Part shown: positions 23,050 to 37,010 of the stretch, one piece after another
How the letters are laid out: every line of letters starts with the position of its first letter
Numbering within the stretch: position 1 is the first letter of the stretch
From: Dictyostelium discoideum
Taxonomy: Eukaryota
DNA length: 64,000 nt
NCBI GenBank assembly: GCA_000004695.1
Contig: CM000151.3
Location: 2,688,001 to 2,752,000, forward strand
Reading direction: 5' to 3'
Made by a program: the position numbers and the translations under genes
Notes under the pieces: generated by a model
What the model saw: the letters and a program-made list of their open reading frames with translations, nothing else
What the model was told of the DNA's origin: nothing
Database searches by the model: none

Positions 23050-26000
23050 ATGTCTAATGTATCACCAAATTCTATGAATTTAAATGGATCAACATCATCG
23101 ACAGCATCAGTTAATGATAGTGGAGGCGGTGGTGGTGGTGGCAATGTAACATCTCCAACACTATCATCATCATCAGCATCATCAATTAGTAATAGTAATA
23201 GTAGTAGTAGTAATAATTTAAAACCATCAACACAACCATTATCATCGTCATCTACTTTAAATACTCCAACACAATTTTCACTTCAACATTCTTCTTCATC
23301 ATCTTCATTAAATAATACAAATATTGATATAATTGAACATATTACAATTTCATGTATGTTATATTAAAAAAAATATAATATTTATATAAATTTATGGATA
23401 TATACATATAATTACCCCTCAACCCACCCCAATATAGTTTCAGTATTAATTTAATTTTTAATTTTTTAATTTTTTTTTTTTTTTTTTTTAGATCAAGATG
23501 AATCATCAATTTGGAAATATATTGAAGCAGAATTACCAAATCATTTACCGTTAAAGAATATATCATGGAAAACTAAAACAGGACATACAAAAGTAGTGGA
23601 GAAGATGCCAATTGAAATATTACAATATAATGATGAACGTGTAAAGGCACATTATGATAATCAAAATCTATACAAGAAACCATACCTCTATTTGTATTTG
23701 GTACATTGTGATGATCCTGATACCTATAAGAATGTTGTACGTGCTAAAATAAAACAATGGGTAACTCAAATGACTGAACGTCAACAAGAGTGGTTAATAG
23801 TTTATGTTTCATTAGGTCCAAAAAGATTTAGCGAATTAACTTCAAAATTAACAAGAACTGTTTTCGATAGAATTAAAAATGATTTCAATGTTAAACGAGA
23901 TCGTTGTTGTCAATTAAGATTTTTAGATACAAATAATACAAGCAGCGGCAATAATAAAGATAAAGATAATGATAATGGTGGTGGTAGTAGTGGAACAGGT
24001 TTGTCAACAAGTACGAAACAACAAGATGATTTATGGGATGATTTTCTAATTAAAATGAAAGAGGGTATAATTTCATCAGCAGAACAATATTTAACAACCT
24101 ATGAAGATGAAATTAGAAAAATGGATGCAAAGAGGACAACACCAGGTTGGAGTTATCAAAACTTTTTTTTCATAAAGGAAGGTTTAGCATTAATCTATGA
24201 ACGTGCTCAATTATATGAGGATGCATTAATGCAATATTTTGAATTGGAAGTACTTTTCGGTGATCCAAATAATAGGTCACAATTTGATCAAATCACTGAT
24301 GAAGTTTTACAACCAAATAGTATTCATTGTAATGGTAACATTTTAGATACTTCCTTTAAAAATTATAGAAAGTTAATTTATGAAAATAAAATTAGTTTAT
24401 TTGATTTTAAAGTTTATTTATTTGCAAGACAATCAAAAGTAAGTTATAATTAGCAAAATCAATAAATAATATTATTAATATTCTTTTACTAATTGTGCGT
24501 GTGTGTGTATATATAGTTATTATTTTTATTACAAAAACCAATTGAAGCAGCAACGAAATCAATATCATTTATTACATCAATGTCAATGATAATTAAACAA
24601 TATCCAAATTCATTTGCACCAATGTTTAAAGAATCATGGATATTCAGTACAAGTATGGAATTGATTAAAGCATGTCAAGATTCATTCGATAAGATTGTAA
24701 ATGGTGCTCAACAACAACAACAGCAACAGCAACAACAATTACAACTTCAACAACAATTACAACAACAACAACAGCAACAAACTATAAATGGTAGTGCACA
24801 AAAAGTTGTGAAATCAATTAGTTCAACTACACCCATTTCAAAATTATTTGGTGCATTTGGACCTTTTGGTAGTAGTAGTAGTAATACACCATCATCGACA
24901 TCAGCAACTACAGCAGCAAATGGTAAAAATACACCAATGCCAAGTAATAGTGGTATAGCTTCATTAAGTGCAGGTGGATCAACGATTATAGCAGGTTTAT
25001 CAGGTTCACAATCTTTAAACAATTTACAATCTGCACAATTATCAGGTGCTTTAAATACTCAACATTATATTCGTACACCTTCTTTAAATTTAACAAGTGA
25101 TCTCTCTGAAAGATTAACTGAAAAACAAGATAGAGAAAGTTTAGATTTTTTAGTTGGTGATTTATTATTTAGTTCAGCTCAAAGAGTAGTTAATTCATAA
25201 TTCATTGTTATTATTATTATTATTGGTTTTTTTTTTAATTATTTTATATTAATATATTTTTATTTTTTTCCAGTTAGAAGAATTGGCAATAATTATTGGA
25301 TATTTACCAGTTGATGATTATAATAGTGAAATGTTCTTTCAAAATGTAGAAGAAGTTATATTTAAGAGTGTAGAGAATAAAAAGATTGAAGTTGATTCAA
25401 TGACAGCATTTAGTTATCAGCCATTACAAGTCTCACTTCAATCATCGAAACAATTCACTCAACTTTATTTCGAATTGTTAGGTCAAATTGAGAAATTGTA
25501 TATTCAATCTAATAGAATGAGAAGTATTAGTAGATTAACATTTGCAATTGCAAATTTAAATTTCAAATTAAAAGAATTTCAAATTGCAGAGAATCTTTTC
25601 AAATCAATTTCAAATCTTTACTCTAGAGAACATTGGTCCTATATAGAATATGCCGTTAAAACTAGATTATCCTATTGTCAAAAGCAGTTGGGTCATTTAG
25701 TTGATTATGTAACAACTTGTGTTGGTTTATTAGCTCCTGGTTTATTAACAAATAGATTTGAAAAAGATCATTATTTATCTGAAATTATTCAAATTTCTCG
25801 AAAACCTGAATTAAATAGTAGGTTTTATTTAATAATAATTTTGTTATAAAAAAACTATTATTAATTTTTTTTTTTTTTTTTTTTTTTAAAAAAAAGTTGT
25901 TCAACCAATGATACCATTATTTAAATGTAAAGTTACATTTAAAGAAACAGTTTATAGATATTTTGAAACAATTAAAATCAATGTTAGAATAAAGAGTAAT

Positions 26001-27761
26001 TTAATATCACCAATTAGATTTAATAATGGTGCAGTTAGTTTTGTAAAGAGTGGTTTCGGTGATAAATTAGTATTTCAATTGAATGATTTCCTTGTTGAAC
26101 CAGGTGTAAACAATTTCCAATTCACAGCAGTTGGTACAACTAAAGCAACCTTTGTTAAAGATTCAATTTGGTTAAAAATTGATAACCTTTCATTTGGTTA
26201 TTCATTACGTAATGCTGATACAGCTATTGGTGGTGGTGGTGGTGGTACAAATACAACAACAACTACATTACCAGGTGAAATTAAAGTTATTGATAGTGAA
26301 TCACAAATAACTTTAGAATCATTTGCAAATAGTCCATTATTATTTTATAGTATTCAATATGTTGGAATTAAATTACATACTCATTCCGATACGATTGAAG
26401 CGGGTGTATTAACATTCACTTCACCAACTGGTGCAACTATAATACCAACTTCATCAGTAATCATCATACAGAGTGACGATAAAACTTGTGAAACTTCCTC
26501 AAGAACAATAAATTTAATTAATGATAAGTTACCATTATCTCAAATTGGTTATAATCAAACATTGGAATTCTATTTACCATTGATGGCTGTAAATACCGAT
26601 ACTTGCACTCATCAAATTAGAATCGAATTACAACATCAAAAACAAACCAAAGAAAAATTTTCATCATCATTGGTCTCTTCAATTTTATTCATTAATCCAT
26701 TGACAATCGATGAATCTGTCATTAATGTAAATAATAGATTATTCTTAAAAACTATTATACAATGTAATTCTCCAAATATGATTCAATTTAATTCTTATTC
26801 TTTAGAAGGTTGTGATTCAGAATATCAATCACCTGAACAACAACAATTACAACAACAATTACAACAACAGCAGCAATTATCATTATCATCTTCAAGTTCA
26901 TCAATCTCATCAATCTCTTCAAAATCTTCACAACAACCAAATTTATATTATTTAGTAAAAGATCATAATCATTCATTAGCACCAAATTTAAATTTATACC
27001 CTGGCCAATTAGTTTCATTAATTTTTGAAATTAAAAAGTATGAAAATGAATCTTTATCATCATCAACATCACCTTCATCAGCAACTGATAGTAGTAATAG
27101 TAATGGAAACAATAACAACAACAACAATAACAACAACCATAGTAAAAATGATTTGAAATTAAAGATAAAATATACAAGTAAAATGCCTCAACAAGATTTA
27201 GATAGACCATTAATTAGAGAATGTAAATCATTATGGAGAGATCAAAACGAATTTAGTTGGCCAATTAAAATCGAGCTTCCAACTTATCTTTATCAAATAG
27301 ATCTATCAATTCAAAGTAGGGCTTATGTTGGTACAATAGTTCTTTTTGAAATTGAAATTACAAATTTAAAACAACAACAACAACAACAAAAAGAAAGTAA
27401 TAATGATAACGGTAATGAAAAACAACAAAAACAACAACAATTACAATATCATATAGTTGCTGATTCACAAATTTGGATGATATCTGGTAAGAGTAAACAT
27501 ACATTTTCATTTAATAGTGATACAGTTGGTGAAAAGCTTAAATTTAGTTGTGGTTTAATTCCAATCTCCTCTGGCTCATTACCAATTCCAAAAGTAACTT
27601 TAGTCGGTATAAATAATTCAAATATTTCTTATCCAAAAACTAAAAATGAAAAGATATTCGTTTATCCATCACCACAAATTTATTCATGTCATCAATTACA
27701 AGATAATAATAATAATAATAATAATAGTATTAATAGTCAAACTAGTACAAACAAAACATAA
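23050..27761 (+). CDS. TRAPP II complex subunit TRAPPC10 / Trs130 homolog; 5 exons: 23050..23353, 23492..24438, 24517..25185, 25274..25817, 25897..27761
   Basis: Several blocks are collinear with metazoan TRAPPC10: YLYLVHCDDPDTYKNVVRAKIKQW (vs FLHIYWTECCDTEVYKATVKDDLTKW); LTRTVFDRIKNDFNVKRDRCCQL (vs LPRTSIVDKIRNDFCNKQSDRCVVL); TTPGWSYQNFFFIKEGLALIYERAQLYEDALMQYFELEVLF (vs TEPGWSFCEYFMVQEELAFVFEMLQQFEDALVQYDELDALF). Donors GTATGT and GTAAGT are standard, but GTAGTT (25186) and GTAGGT (25818) are unusual, so the boundaries of exons 3 and 4 are less certain. Confidence 0.85.
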
Positions 27762-27891
27762 ATAAAAGGAATTATATATACAATAAAAAACAAAAAACAA
27801 AACAAAAAAAAAGAATGTCATTTTTATAATTTATTTATTTATTTATTTATTTGTACTTAATTTTAATTAATTTAATCTAAATAAATAAGAA

Positions 27892-29923
27892 TTATAAATT
27901 ATTTAAATATAAATTTTTAATATCTGTATATATTTGTTGACTTTCAAATACATGATCAGGTAATTTAAAATTATTATCATTTAAAAATTTAGAAATGATT
28001 AATCTTTGGATTTTACCACTTTTAGTTTTTGGTAATTGTTCAACAATTATTATATGTGTTAATTGAGCAAATTTATCAATATCTTGTGTGATGATACTAT
28101 TAATTTCATTTTTTAATTGAATTAAGTCGACATTTGAATCTTGTTGTTTTAAAGTTAATAAACCAATTGGTTTATTATAACAATCTGGATTGTAAATACC
28201 AATTGAACAACATTCAATAACATTTGGATGTTTTAAAATTGATGTTTCAATTGTGTTTAATTGAACTTTATTACCACCAATTTTAATTTGATCATCTGCT
28301 CTTGAAACGATAGCATAATATCCATTTTCATCTTTATAACCTAAATCACCACTACTATAATAACCTGGGAATTTTGTTAAAACTTTTTTAAATTGTTCAT
28401 CATTTTTATAAAATGTTGAAGCGAATCCAGGTGGTAATGGTAATTTGAATACGATTTCACCAATTTGATTCACTGGTAATTCAATACCATCTTCTGATAA
28501 AATTGATGGGTAGACAAATGGTGATGGTGGACCAACTGTGTTGTATGGATTTTTTTTTGATTTTATGTAATCGAATAAATACAAATAACCAGTTTCAGTT
28601 TGACCATATCCAATAGATGGTCTTGATTTTAGTTTGTTTTCAATATATTCTGGAATTGAATCTTCAATAACTTCACCACCATTCCAAATTGATTTTAAAC
28701 TTGAAATATCATATTTTGAATGTATTTGTTTTGCATCTGGATCAACTTTATTTAAATATCTTATTGTTTTTGCTAATGTTAGAAATGCACTAACTTTATG
28801 CTTTTCAACAATTGACCAAATATCATCTTCCATATGTTTTGGTTTTACAATTCCACCTTCAAACATCACAAATGAACATCCATGTAATAATGAAGCATAC
28901 AAAAATGAATGAAACGATACCCATCCTATACTAGTATGAGAAAAGAAAGTAGTATTTTTTTGAACAATTGATGGCCAAAGATAACCAAAACAAACTAAAT
29001 GTGGACCATTACTTCTAACAACTCCTTTTGAATTACCAGTTGTACCACTTGTATAAATAATGTAAAGTGGATGACTTGATTCTACTGTAACATATTCATA
29101 GAATGGTGTTTGATTGTTTTCTTTAATTTTGTTGATTTCCAAGTCCCAATCCAAAGAAGATGGTACAGTAGGTATAGTTTCAATTATTGATAATTGTGCA
29201 TCGGAACTAATTAAATCTCTATTATGTGTAATTACATGATCTGGTTTAAAAGTTGATATTTCAATTGCTTCAATTAAATTTGGTGTAAATGTAATAATTT
29301 CCTCATTTAAAATACCATAATTTGAGGTAATAATAACTTTTGGTCTTACAGCTTCAATTCTATCTATTAAACTTTTTGTTGAATAGCCATCGAATAGTAC
29401 ACAATGAGTTGCACCAATACGAGCACATGATAACATTGCAATTGGTGCTTCAACTGTATTTGCCATAAATATTAAAATATTATCATTTTTTGAAATATTT
29501 AAATTTAAAAGTACTCTTGAAAATTCACATACTTTTTCATATAATTGATAATAAGTTAATTTAACAGTTTTCTTTAAAAATGGACATTCATAAATTAATG
29601 CGTCTTGATCTCTTTTTAATGGATTTTGAACTTGAATATCTAAAACATTATAACATGTATTTAATTCACCACCTTTAAACCAATCTGGATACATTTCATC
29701 ACCACTATAAACTTTATCATACATTTTATCCCTTTTTTTTTAAATTATTTATTGGTATAATTGGAATTTTATTATATTTTTTAAATTATTAATAATTTAT
29801 TTTACAAAATTTTTAAACTTACCAATGTATATATTTTTTGGCAATGTCATCCCAAAATGAAACAGGTTGGGATTCTGCATATTTTAGATCATTTTCATAA
29901 TCAAAAGGATCACTTAATTTCAT
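27892..29923 (-). CDS. ACSS3/PrpE-like short-chain acyl-CoA synthetase (AMP-binding superfamily), paralog A; exons 29923..29823 and 29731..27892
   Basis: Exon 1 encodes MKLSDPFDYENDLKYAESQPVSFWDDIAKKYIHW (the AcsA/PrpE N-terminal 'FW.E.AK...W' motif). Exon 2 gives (W)DKMYDKVYSGDEMYPDWFKGGELNTCYNVLD.., YTSGTTGNSKGVV (A3), GYGQTETG (A5), GDLGYKDENGYY..SRADDQIKIGGNKV (A7/A8), and LPKTKSGKIQR (A10 catalytic Lys). Donor GTAAGT; acceptor AAAAG|G. The exon 1 / exon 2 junction is in phase 2. Confidence 0.85.
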
Positions 29924-30099
29924 TTTTTTCCAAAATTATTTTAATAAAATAAAATTAAAAAAAAAAAAAAAAAAAAAAAAAGTTTATTAATCTTTTTTTT
30001 TTTTTTTTTTATTTTATCGAAGATTTTTTTTTTTTTTTTTGTCAAAAAATCTTAATAAAAATTAATCAGCAAATTTAAAAAAGAAAAAAATTGGTCTGA

Positions 30100-30450
30100 A
30101 ACTCTTTTAATTGTTTTCTTTAAAAATGGACATTCATAAATTAATACATCTTATTCTCTTTTTAATGGATTTTTAATATGAATATCTATTAAATTATAAC
30201 ATGTATTTAATTCACCACCTTTAAACCAATCTGGATAAATTTCATCACCACTATAAACTTTATCATACATTTTATCCCTTTTTTTTTTTTTTTTTATTTA
30301 TTATATGTTAAAATTTGTTTTTTTTTTTTTTTTTTTTTTTTTTTGTGAAGTGCATACCAGTGAGCTTCGTCCCAAAATTAAATTGGATTAATTTGAGAGA
30401 AATTGTAATCATTTTCATAATCAAAAGGATCACTTAATTTAAACATTTTA
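30100..30450 (-). pseudogene. 5' remnant of an ACSS3-like paralog (exon 1 plus the first ~55 codons of exon 2), carrying stop codons
   Basis: The reverse complement encodes MFKLSDPFDYENDYNFSQINPI*FWDEAHWY and MYDKVYSGDEIYPDWFKGGELNTCYNLIDIHIKNPLKRE*DVLIYECPFLKKTIK, after which homology ends abruptly. Confidence 0.7.
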
Positions 30451-31021
30451 TTTTTTTCGTTGTTTTTTCGTTGTTTTTTCAAGTTTTTGTAATTAATTAA
30501 TAAAAAAAAAAAAATTTAAAAATCATTATATTTTATTTTTTAAAAAAAATAAAATTTAAAAGTAAAAATAAATTTTATGTGAAAAAAAAAAAGTGGAAAA
30601 CATAAAATGTGGAAATTTAAAATAAAACTTTTTCATTATTTATCCTTTTAAAGAAAATAATGAATTAAAATAAAAAGAAATTATAGATGGATATATTTTA
30701 TCAAAGATGAAAAAAAAAAAATACTTGTTTATTGTGGAATTTTAATTATTTGTTTATTTTTTTGTCTTTTAATAAAATATATTAAAAAAGTTTCGGGTTA
30801 TAAACAACCAACCACAAAAATTTTCAATACAAATAAAAATAAGTAAATGTATTAAAGGGGTTAAATTAAAAAACACGCACTGTGTCTGTGTGGAATATTT
30901 TTATGTGAAAAAAAACTCTTACTTATAAAATTACTTTTATATTGAACAAAAAATAAATAATTGAATTATAAAAATATATATATTTATTTATTTTTATTAT
31001 AGATTAAAATTTTTTTTTGGA

Positions 31022-33057
31022 TTAAATATTTTTATTTGAGTTTTTAATAAAAGAATCTTTTATGTTATAAAATAATTGAAGATTTTCAATATTATCTGGT
31101 AATTTAAAATTATTGTTATTTAAATAATTAGAAAGTATATGTCTTTGAATTTTACCACTTTTAGTTTTTGGTAATTGATTTACAATGATAATTTGTTTTA
31201 GTTCAGCATAACTTTCAATATCATCATTAATAATATTATTAATTTCATTTTTTAATTGATTGAAATCTAAAATTGAATCTTGTTTTTTTAAAACCAATAT
31301 ACCAATTGGTGCTTTATAACAATCATAATCATTAATACCAATTGAACAACATTCAATAACATTTGGATGTTTCAAAATTGATGATTCAATTGTATTTAGT
31401 TGAACTTTATTACCACTAATTTTAATTTGATCATCAGCTCTTGAAACAATACCATAATATCCATTTTCATCTTTATAACCTAAATCACCAGAATTATAAT
31501 AACCTGGAAATTTTGAAAATAATTTTTTATATTGTTCATCATTTTTATAAAATGTAGTCGCAAATCCAGGTGGTAATGGTAATTTGAGAGAGAATTCACC
31601 AATTTCATTAACACCCAACTCTTTACCATCTTCAGATAATATTGATGGTTTAATAAATGGTGATGGTATACCTACTGTATCATATGTTTTATTTATACTT
31701 GAATATTCATAAATATACATCATTCCACTTTCAGTTTGACCATATAAACCAATTGATTCAGCATTTAATTTATTTTCAATATAATCTTGAATTGATTTTT
31801 CAATAACTTCAGCACCAATCCAAACTTGCTTTAAACGTGATATATCATATTTTGAATGTAATCTTTCAGCATTGGGATCCATTTTCTTAAGATATCTCAT
31901 TACAATTGGTAATGCTAAATAAATGTTTACATTATGTTTTTCAATGGTTGCCCAAATGTCATCTTCAACATTATTTTGTTTTAAGAAACCACCTTCAAAC
32001 ATTACAAATGTATTTCCTTTTGATAATGATGCATAAAAGAACATATGGAATGACACCCATCCAACACTAGTTGCAGAAAATAAAACTACATTTTCATCAT
32101 TATTAACCTTTGAACTTAAACAATTCCAATGATATAAAAGTCCAACCAAATTACTACCATTACTTCTTACAACTGGTTTAGAATTACCAGTTGTACCACT
32201 TGTATAAATTAAATAGATTGGATGACTTGATTCTACTGGTACATAATCATAAAATGGTGATTGATTATTAATTTTAATTTTTTTAATTTCTTCTTCCCAA
32301 TTTAATGAATTTGGTATTATTGTTTGGAAATTATTATTATTATAAACAATATCATTTCTATAAAGTGTTATTACATTGTCAGGCTTAAAAGTTGATAATT
32401 CAATTGCTTCTTTTAAATTTGTAGTAATATCAACAATTTCATCAAGTCCAACTCCCAAATTTGTTGTAATTATTAATTTTGGTGTAATTGTTTCAATTCT
32501 ATCTATTAAACTTTTAACTGAATAACCATCGAATAAAGCACAATGAGTTGCACCAATACGAGCACATGATAACATTGCAATTGGTGCTTCAACTGTATTT
32601 GCCATATAAATTAAAACATTATCATTTTTTGAAACATTTAAATTCAAAAGTACTCTTGAAAATTCACATACTTTTTCATATAATTGATAATAAGTTAATT
32701 TTACAGTTTTCTTTAAATATGGACATTCATAAATTAATGCAACTTGATCTTTTTTTAATGGATTCTGAACTTGTCTATCTAATAAATTATAACATGTATT
32801 TAATTCACCACCTTTAAACCAATCTGGATAAATTTCATTACCACTATAAACTTTATCATACATTTTATCCCTTTTTTATTTTTAAATTATATTTATAAAA
32901 AATTTAATTATTTATTTAACTAATTATGTTTTTTTTTATTGTATGCATACCAATAAACATATTTAGTGGCTACTTGATCCCAAAATGAAATTGGGTCGGT
33001 GTTTATTGAGAATTTATAATCATTTTCATAATTGAATGGTTGGCTTAATGTATACAT
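31022..33057 (-). CDS. ACSS3/PrpE-like acyl-CoA synthetase paralog B; exons 33057..32951 and 32870..31022
   Basis: Exon 1 encodes MYTLSQPFNYENDYKFSINTDPISFWDQVATKYVYW followed by the donor GTATGC. Exon 2 is a 613-aa ORF with all AMP-binding motifs (YTSGTTGNSKPVV, LYGQTESG, SRADDQIKISGNKV, LPKTKSGKIQR). Confidence 0.85.
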
Positions 33058-33910
33058 TATTTTAATAGTTTTTATAAAAATATATTTTTATTATTAAAAT
33101 TTTCAATAATATTGGATTATATAAAAAATGTAAATATAAGTTTTTTTTTTTTTTTTTTTTATAATTTAAAATTGATAACTCTTCATATAATATTTACATT
33201 TAATAAAAAAAAAAATTTAAAAAATAAAAATTTTACGACGTCATTTAATTGTTTTGAGATATCTTTAGACTTTTTAATAATTAAAATATTATTTAATTTC
33301 ATTCTAATTAAGCCTATAGATATTACTTTTTTGAAATTATTTTTAAAAAAGGTATTTTTATGTACTTTAAAAAAGTAAATTGTATTTTTAATTATTAATA
33401 ATCAAAATGAAAAAATGAAAATATATTGTTTTTTTTTTAAATATTAATTGATTTCATTTATGTCTGTCCCTTAATGGTGAAATTATTACCCCCTTTCTAT
33501 GTAGGTAAATCATTTTTAATCTTTTTTTTTTTATTTTGTTTTTTTTTTACCTTTTCAAGTACTTGAATTTTATATTATTATCTTTTTTTTTTTTTTTTTT
33601 AATTTTTAAAAAATTAATAATAATTCTTTTAATTAAAAATTAAAATATAAAAAAACACATGGGGGAGGGGGTAAAAACCACAATGGGTAATTTATATATA
33701 CATTGGGTTGAATTTTATATTAACTTATTTCTTATTTTTTTAATTTTTTAATTTAACACTATTCTAATCCTAATTAAAAAAAAATGTTTTTAATAATTTT
33801 TCCATATTAGAGGTTAATATTTTACTTTTTTAATTTTTGGTAATTTTATTTAATATTAAATTTGAAAATTTTTAAATTTTTTAGTAAAAACAAACTTTCA
33901 AAAGATACTC

Positions 33911-34017
<107 letters not shown>

Positions 34018-34018
34018 A

Positions 34019-36024
34019 TTATAAATCTTTAATTTTATAAAAGATTTCAACATCACAAACATTATCTGGTAATTGAAAATTTGTATCATTTAAATATTTA
34101 GAAATGATTTGTCTTTGAGTTTTACCAACTTTAGTTTTTGGTAATTGTGGAACTATTAAAATTTTTCTTAAAATTGCAAAATTTTCTATATCCTTTGATA
34201 TTATTGTATTAATTTCAGATTGTAATTTATTTAAATCAATTTGTCGAATTGATTGATTTTCTTCTTGTTGTTTTAAAACTAATATACCAATTGGTACATT
34301 ATAACAATCTGGATTATTAATACCTATTGAACAACATTCTAAAACTAATGGATGTTTTAAAATTGATGTTTCAATTTTATTTAATTGAACTTTATTACCA
34401 CTGATTTTAATTTGATCATCTGATCTTGAAACAACACCATAACAATTATTTTCATCTTTAAATCCTAAATCACCAGGGTAATAGTAACCTGGAAATTTTG
34501 TAAATAATTGTTTAAACTTTTCATCATTTTTATAAAATGTAGTTGTAAAACCTGGTGGTAAAGGTAATTTAAATACAAGCTCACCAATTTCATACAAAGG
34601 TAATTCCTTACCATCATCTGAAAAAACCTTTGCTTTTAAAGATGGAAATGAAACTCCACATGTATTAATTGGAATTTTTAAATTTTTATTATCAAAACCT
34701 AAAAATAAACGACACCTGTTTCAGTTTGACCATATACACGAGTTGATTGAACTTTTAATTTCTCCTGAATATAATTTGAAATTGATTCTTCAATTGGTTC
34801 TCCACCAAGTACCATTTCTTTTAAATTAGATAAATCATACTTTGAATGTAAATTTTTACAATCAGGATCAACTTTAATTAAGTATCTAATTGCTTTAGCC
34901 ATTGTGAATGCACAACTTACTTCATTTCTTTCAATAATTTCCCAAATATCATCTTCCATATGTTTTGGTTTTGTCACTCCTCCTTCAGACATAACTAATG
35001 TATATCCAACTGAAAATAAACCATATAATAGATTATGAAATGATACCCAGCCAATACTTGTATGAGAAAACACAACTTTTATTTTACCCTTTTGTATCAA
35101 TGTTTGATATTTAATACCTACCATATATGGACCATTACTTCTAACAACTGCTTTAGCACTACCAGTTGTGCCACTTGTATATATTATATATAATGGATGA
35201 CTTGATTCTACTGGAACATATTCATAAAATGGTAATTGATTAATTTCTTTGAATTTTTTAATTTCATCATACCAACTTAATGTATTTGGTATCGTTGGTA
35301 TATCATTTACTTTCTTTAAATCTGATTCGCTTGTAATATCATTTCTAAATAAAGTAATTACATTACTTGGTTTAAAAGTTGATAATTCAATTGCATCTTT
35401 TAAATTTGGTGTAAATGTAATAATTTCATCATTAAAAATACCATAATTTGTTGTAATTATTAATTTTGGTGTAATTGTTTCAATTCTATCTATTAAACTT
35501 TTAACTGAATAACCATCGAATAACACACAATGAGTTGCACCAATACGAGCACATGATAACATTGCAATTGGTGCTTCAATTGTATTTGACATATAAATTA
35601 AAACATTATCATTTTTTGATATATTTAAATTTAAAAGTACTCTTGAAAATTCACATACTTTTTCATAAAATTGATAATAGGTTAATTTTATATTTTTGTT
35701 TAAAAATGGACATTCATAAATTAATGCAGTTTGATCTCTTGTTTCTGGATTTTTTATATGAATATCTAAAACATTATAACATGTATTTAATTCACCACCT
35801 TTAAACCAATCTGGATAAATTTCATCACCACTATAAACTTTATCATACATTCTATCCCTTTTTTTTTAATTTTAAATTATTAGTTTTTTGCAATGACAAT
35901 TGAAAAAATAAAAAAAAGAAATAAAAACTTACCAATAAACTAAATCCTTTGCAACTTCATCCCAAAATTCTATTGGTCTGTTATTTGCTAAATCAATTTC
36001 ATTTTCATAGTTAAATTTATACAT
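34019..36024 (-). pseudogene. ACSS3-like paralog C, disrupted (frameshift/indel region at about 34600..34700 splits the ORF into 383-aa and 192-aa pieces); exon 1 at 36024..35933
   Basis: Exon 1 (MYKFNYENEIDLANNRPIEFWDEVAKDLVYW, followed by GTAAGT) and the N-terminal 383 aa are intact. Relative to paralog D, the segment corresponding to D 37650..37720 is replaced by a shorter divergent sequence, which changes the frame. The C-terminal 192 aa resume in another frame. This could also be an assembly or sequencing error. Confidence 0.6.
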
Positions 36025-36204
36025 TTTTTTATTAAATTAAACGATATTAATAAAATAAAATAATAATAAAAAAAAAAATAATGGTACATAAAAAAAAAAA
36101 AGTTTAAAACAATTAACAAATTGGGTATGGGATTTATAACCTTTTTTTACATATATTTGTAATAATTAATATTATCCTATTGGTTCAAAAACATTGAAAA
36201 AAAA

Positions 36205-36300
36205 AAACTTTAATACGGACATTCATAAATTAATGCATCTTGATCTATTTTTAATGGATTTTTCATATGAATATCTAAAACATTATAACATGTATTTAAT
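36205..36300 (-). pseudogene. Short fragment of the 5' part of ACSS3-like exon 2
   Basis: The sequence 'acggacattcataaattaatgcatcttgatctatttttaatggatttttcatatgaatatctaaaacattataacatgtatttaa' matches the reverse complement of the ..CYNVLDIH.KNP..DQDALIYECP.. region of the paralogs, with no flanking ORF. Confidence 0.6.
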
Positions 36301-36526
36301 TTTTTAAAAAATTTTATTATGTATCTTATCTTTATTTAAATTTTGAACCAATAAGATAAAATAAAAAAATAAAGATGAATTACAAATTGGGGTGTATAAG
36401 ATATAATTTAAATATTTTTATTTTATTATTACTAGCTATTTTTATTTTTATTATTATTATTATTATTATTATTTATTATTATTATTATTATTTATTATTA
36501 TTATTATTATTAATTTAATTACCACC

Positions 36527-36890
36527 AAAATACAGATACTTTCTCTTTCTTGTAAAATTATTAACAATTAATGAGGTTAGTAACATTCCTAAAGAACCCG
36601 ATGCCACAGGTAAGGATATATAATAAAAACCTCTTCAGCATTGTTCAGCACTCATAACACAAATTAAGGCAGTGGCACCACCGGGTGGATGTATTGATTT
36701 TGTGAAATGCATCCCGACAATTGCTAAACTGACCGCTAAAGAGTGCTACTTCAGTTTGAGCATTTGTATAAACCAAATGCACTCTAATGATTGAACCTAT
36801 ATGTCGAAATACTAAATTTCTTGGTTGAGCTAATGGTGATTTGGTGCTCCAAAAATTAATACAGTAGATGCTGCAAATGAACCTATTATT
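36527..36890 (-). pseudogene. Degenerate partial copy of the HPP-family gene at 39455..40390 (3' two-thirds), with indels and stop codons
   Basis: About 85-90% nucleotide identity to 39455..39830, seen in runs such as 'ttaccaccaaaatacag', 'caggtaaggatatataataaaaacctct' and 'ggcagtggcaccaccgggtggatgtattgattttgtgaaatgcatcccgacaattgctaaactgaccgctaaag'. It is interrupted by deletions. It is flanked by the same (ATT)n tract and upstream block as the intact copy. Confidence 0.75.
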
Positions 36891-36944
36891 ATTATTTTAT
36901 TATTATTATTATTATTTTATTTTTATTATTATTATTATTATTAC

Positions 36945-37006
<62 letters not shown>

Positions 37007-37010
<4 letters not shown>

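Noticed and set aside
34600-34700. Treating the break in paralog C as an intron
   Set aside because: No paralog has an intron at this position. The segment has no GT..AG pair that restores the frame. The sequence aligns, with indels, to coding sequence of paralog D. A frameshift (or assembly error) is therefore the better explanation.
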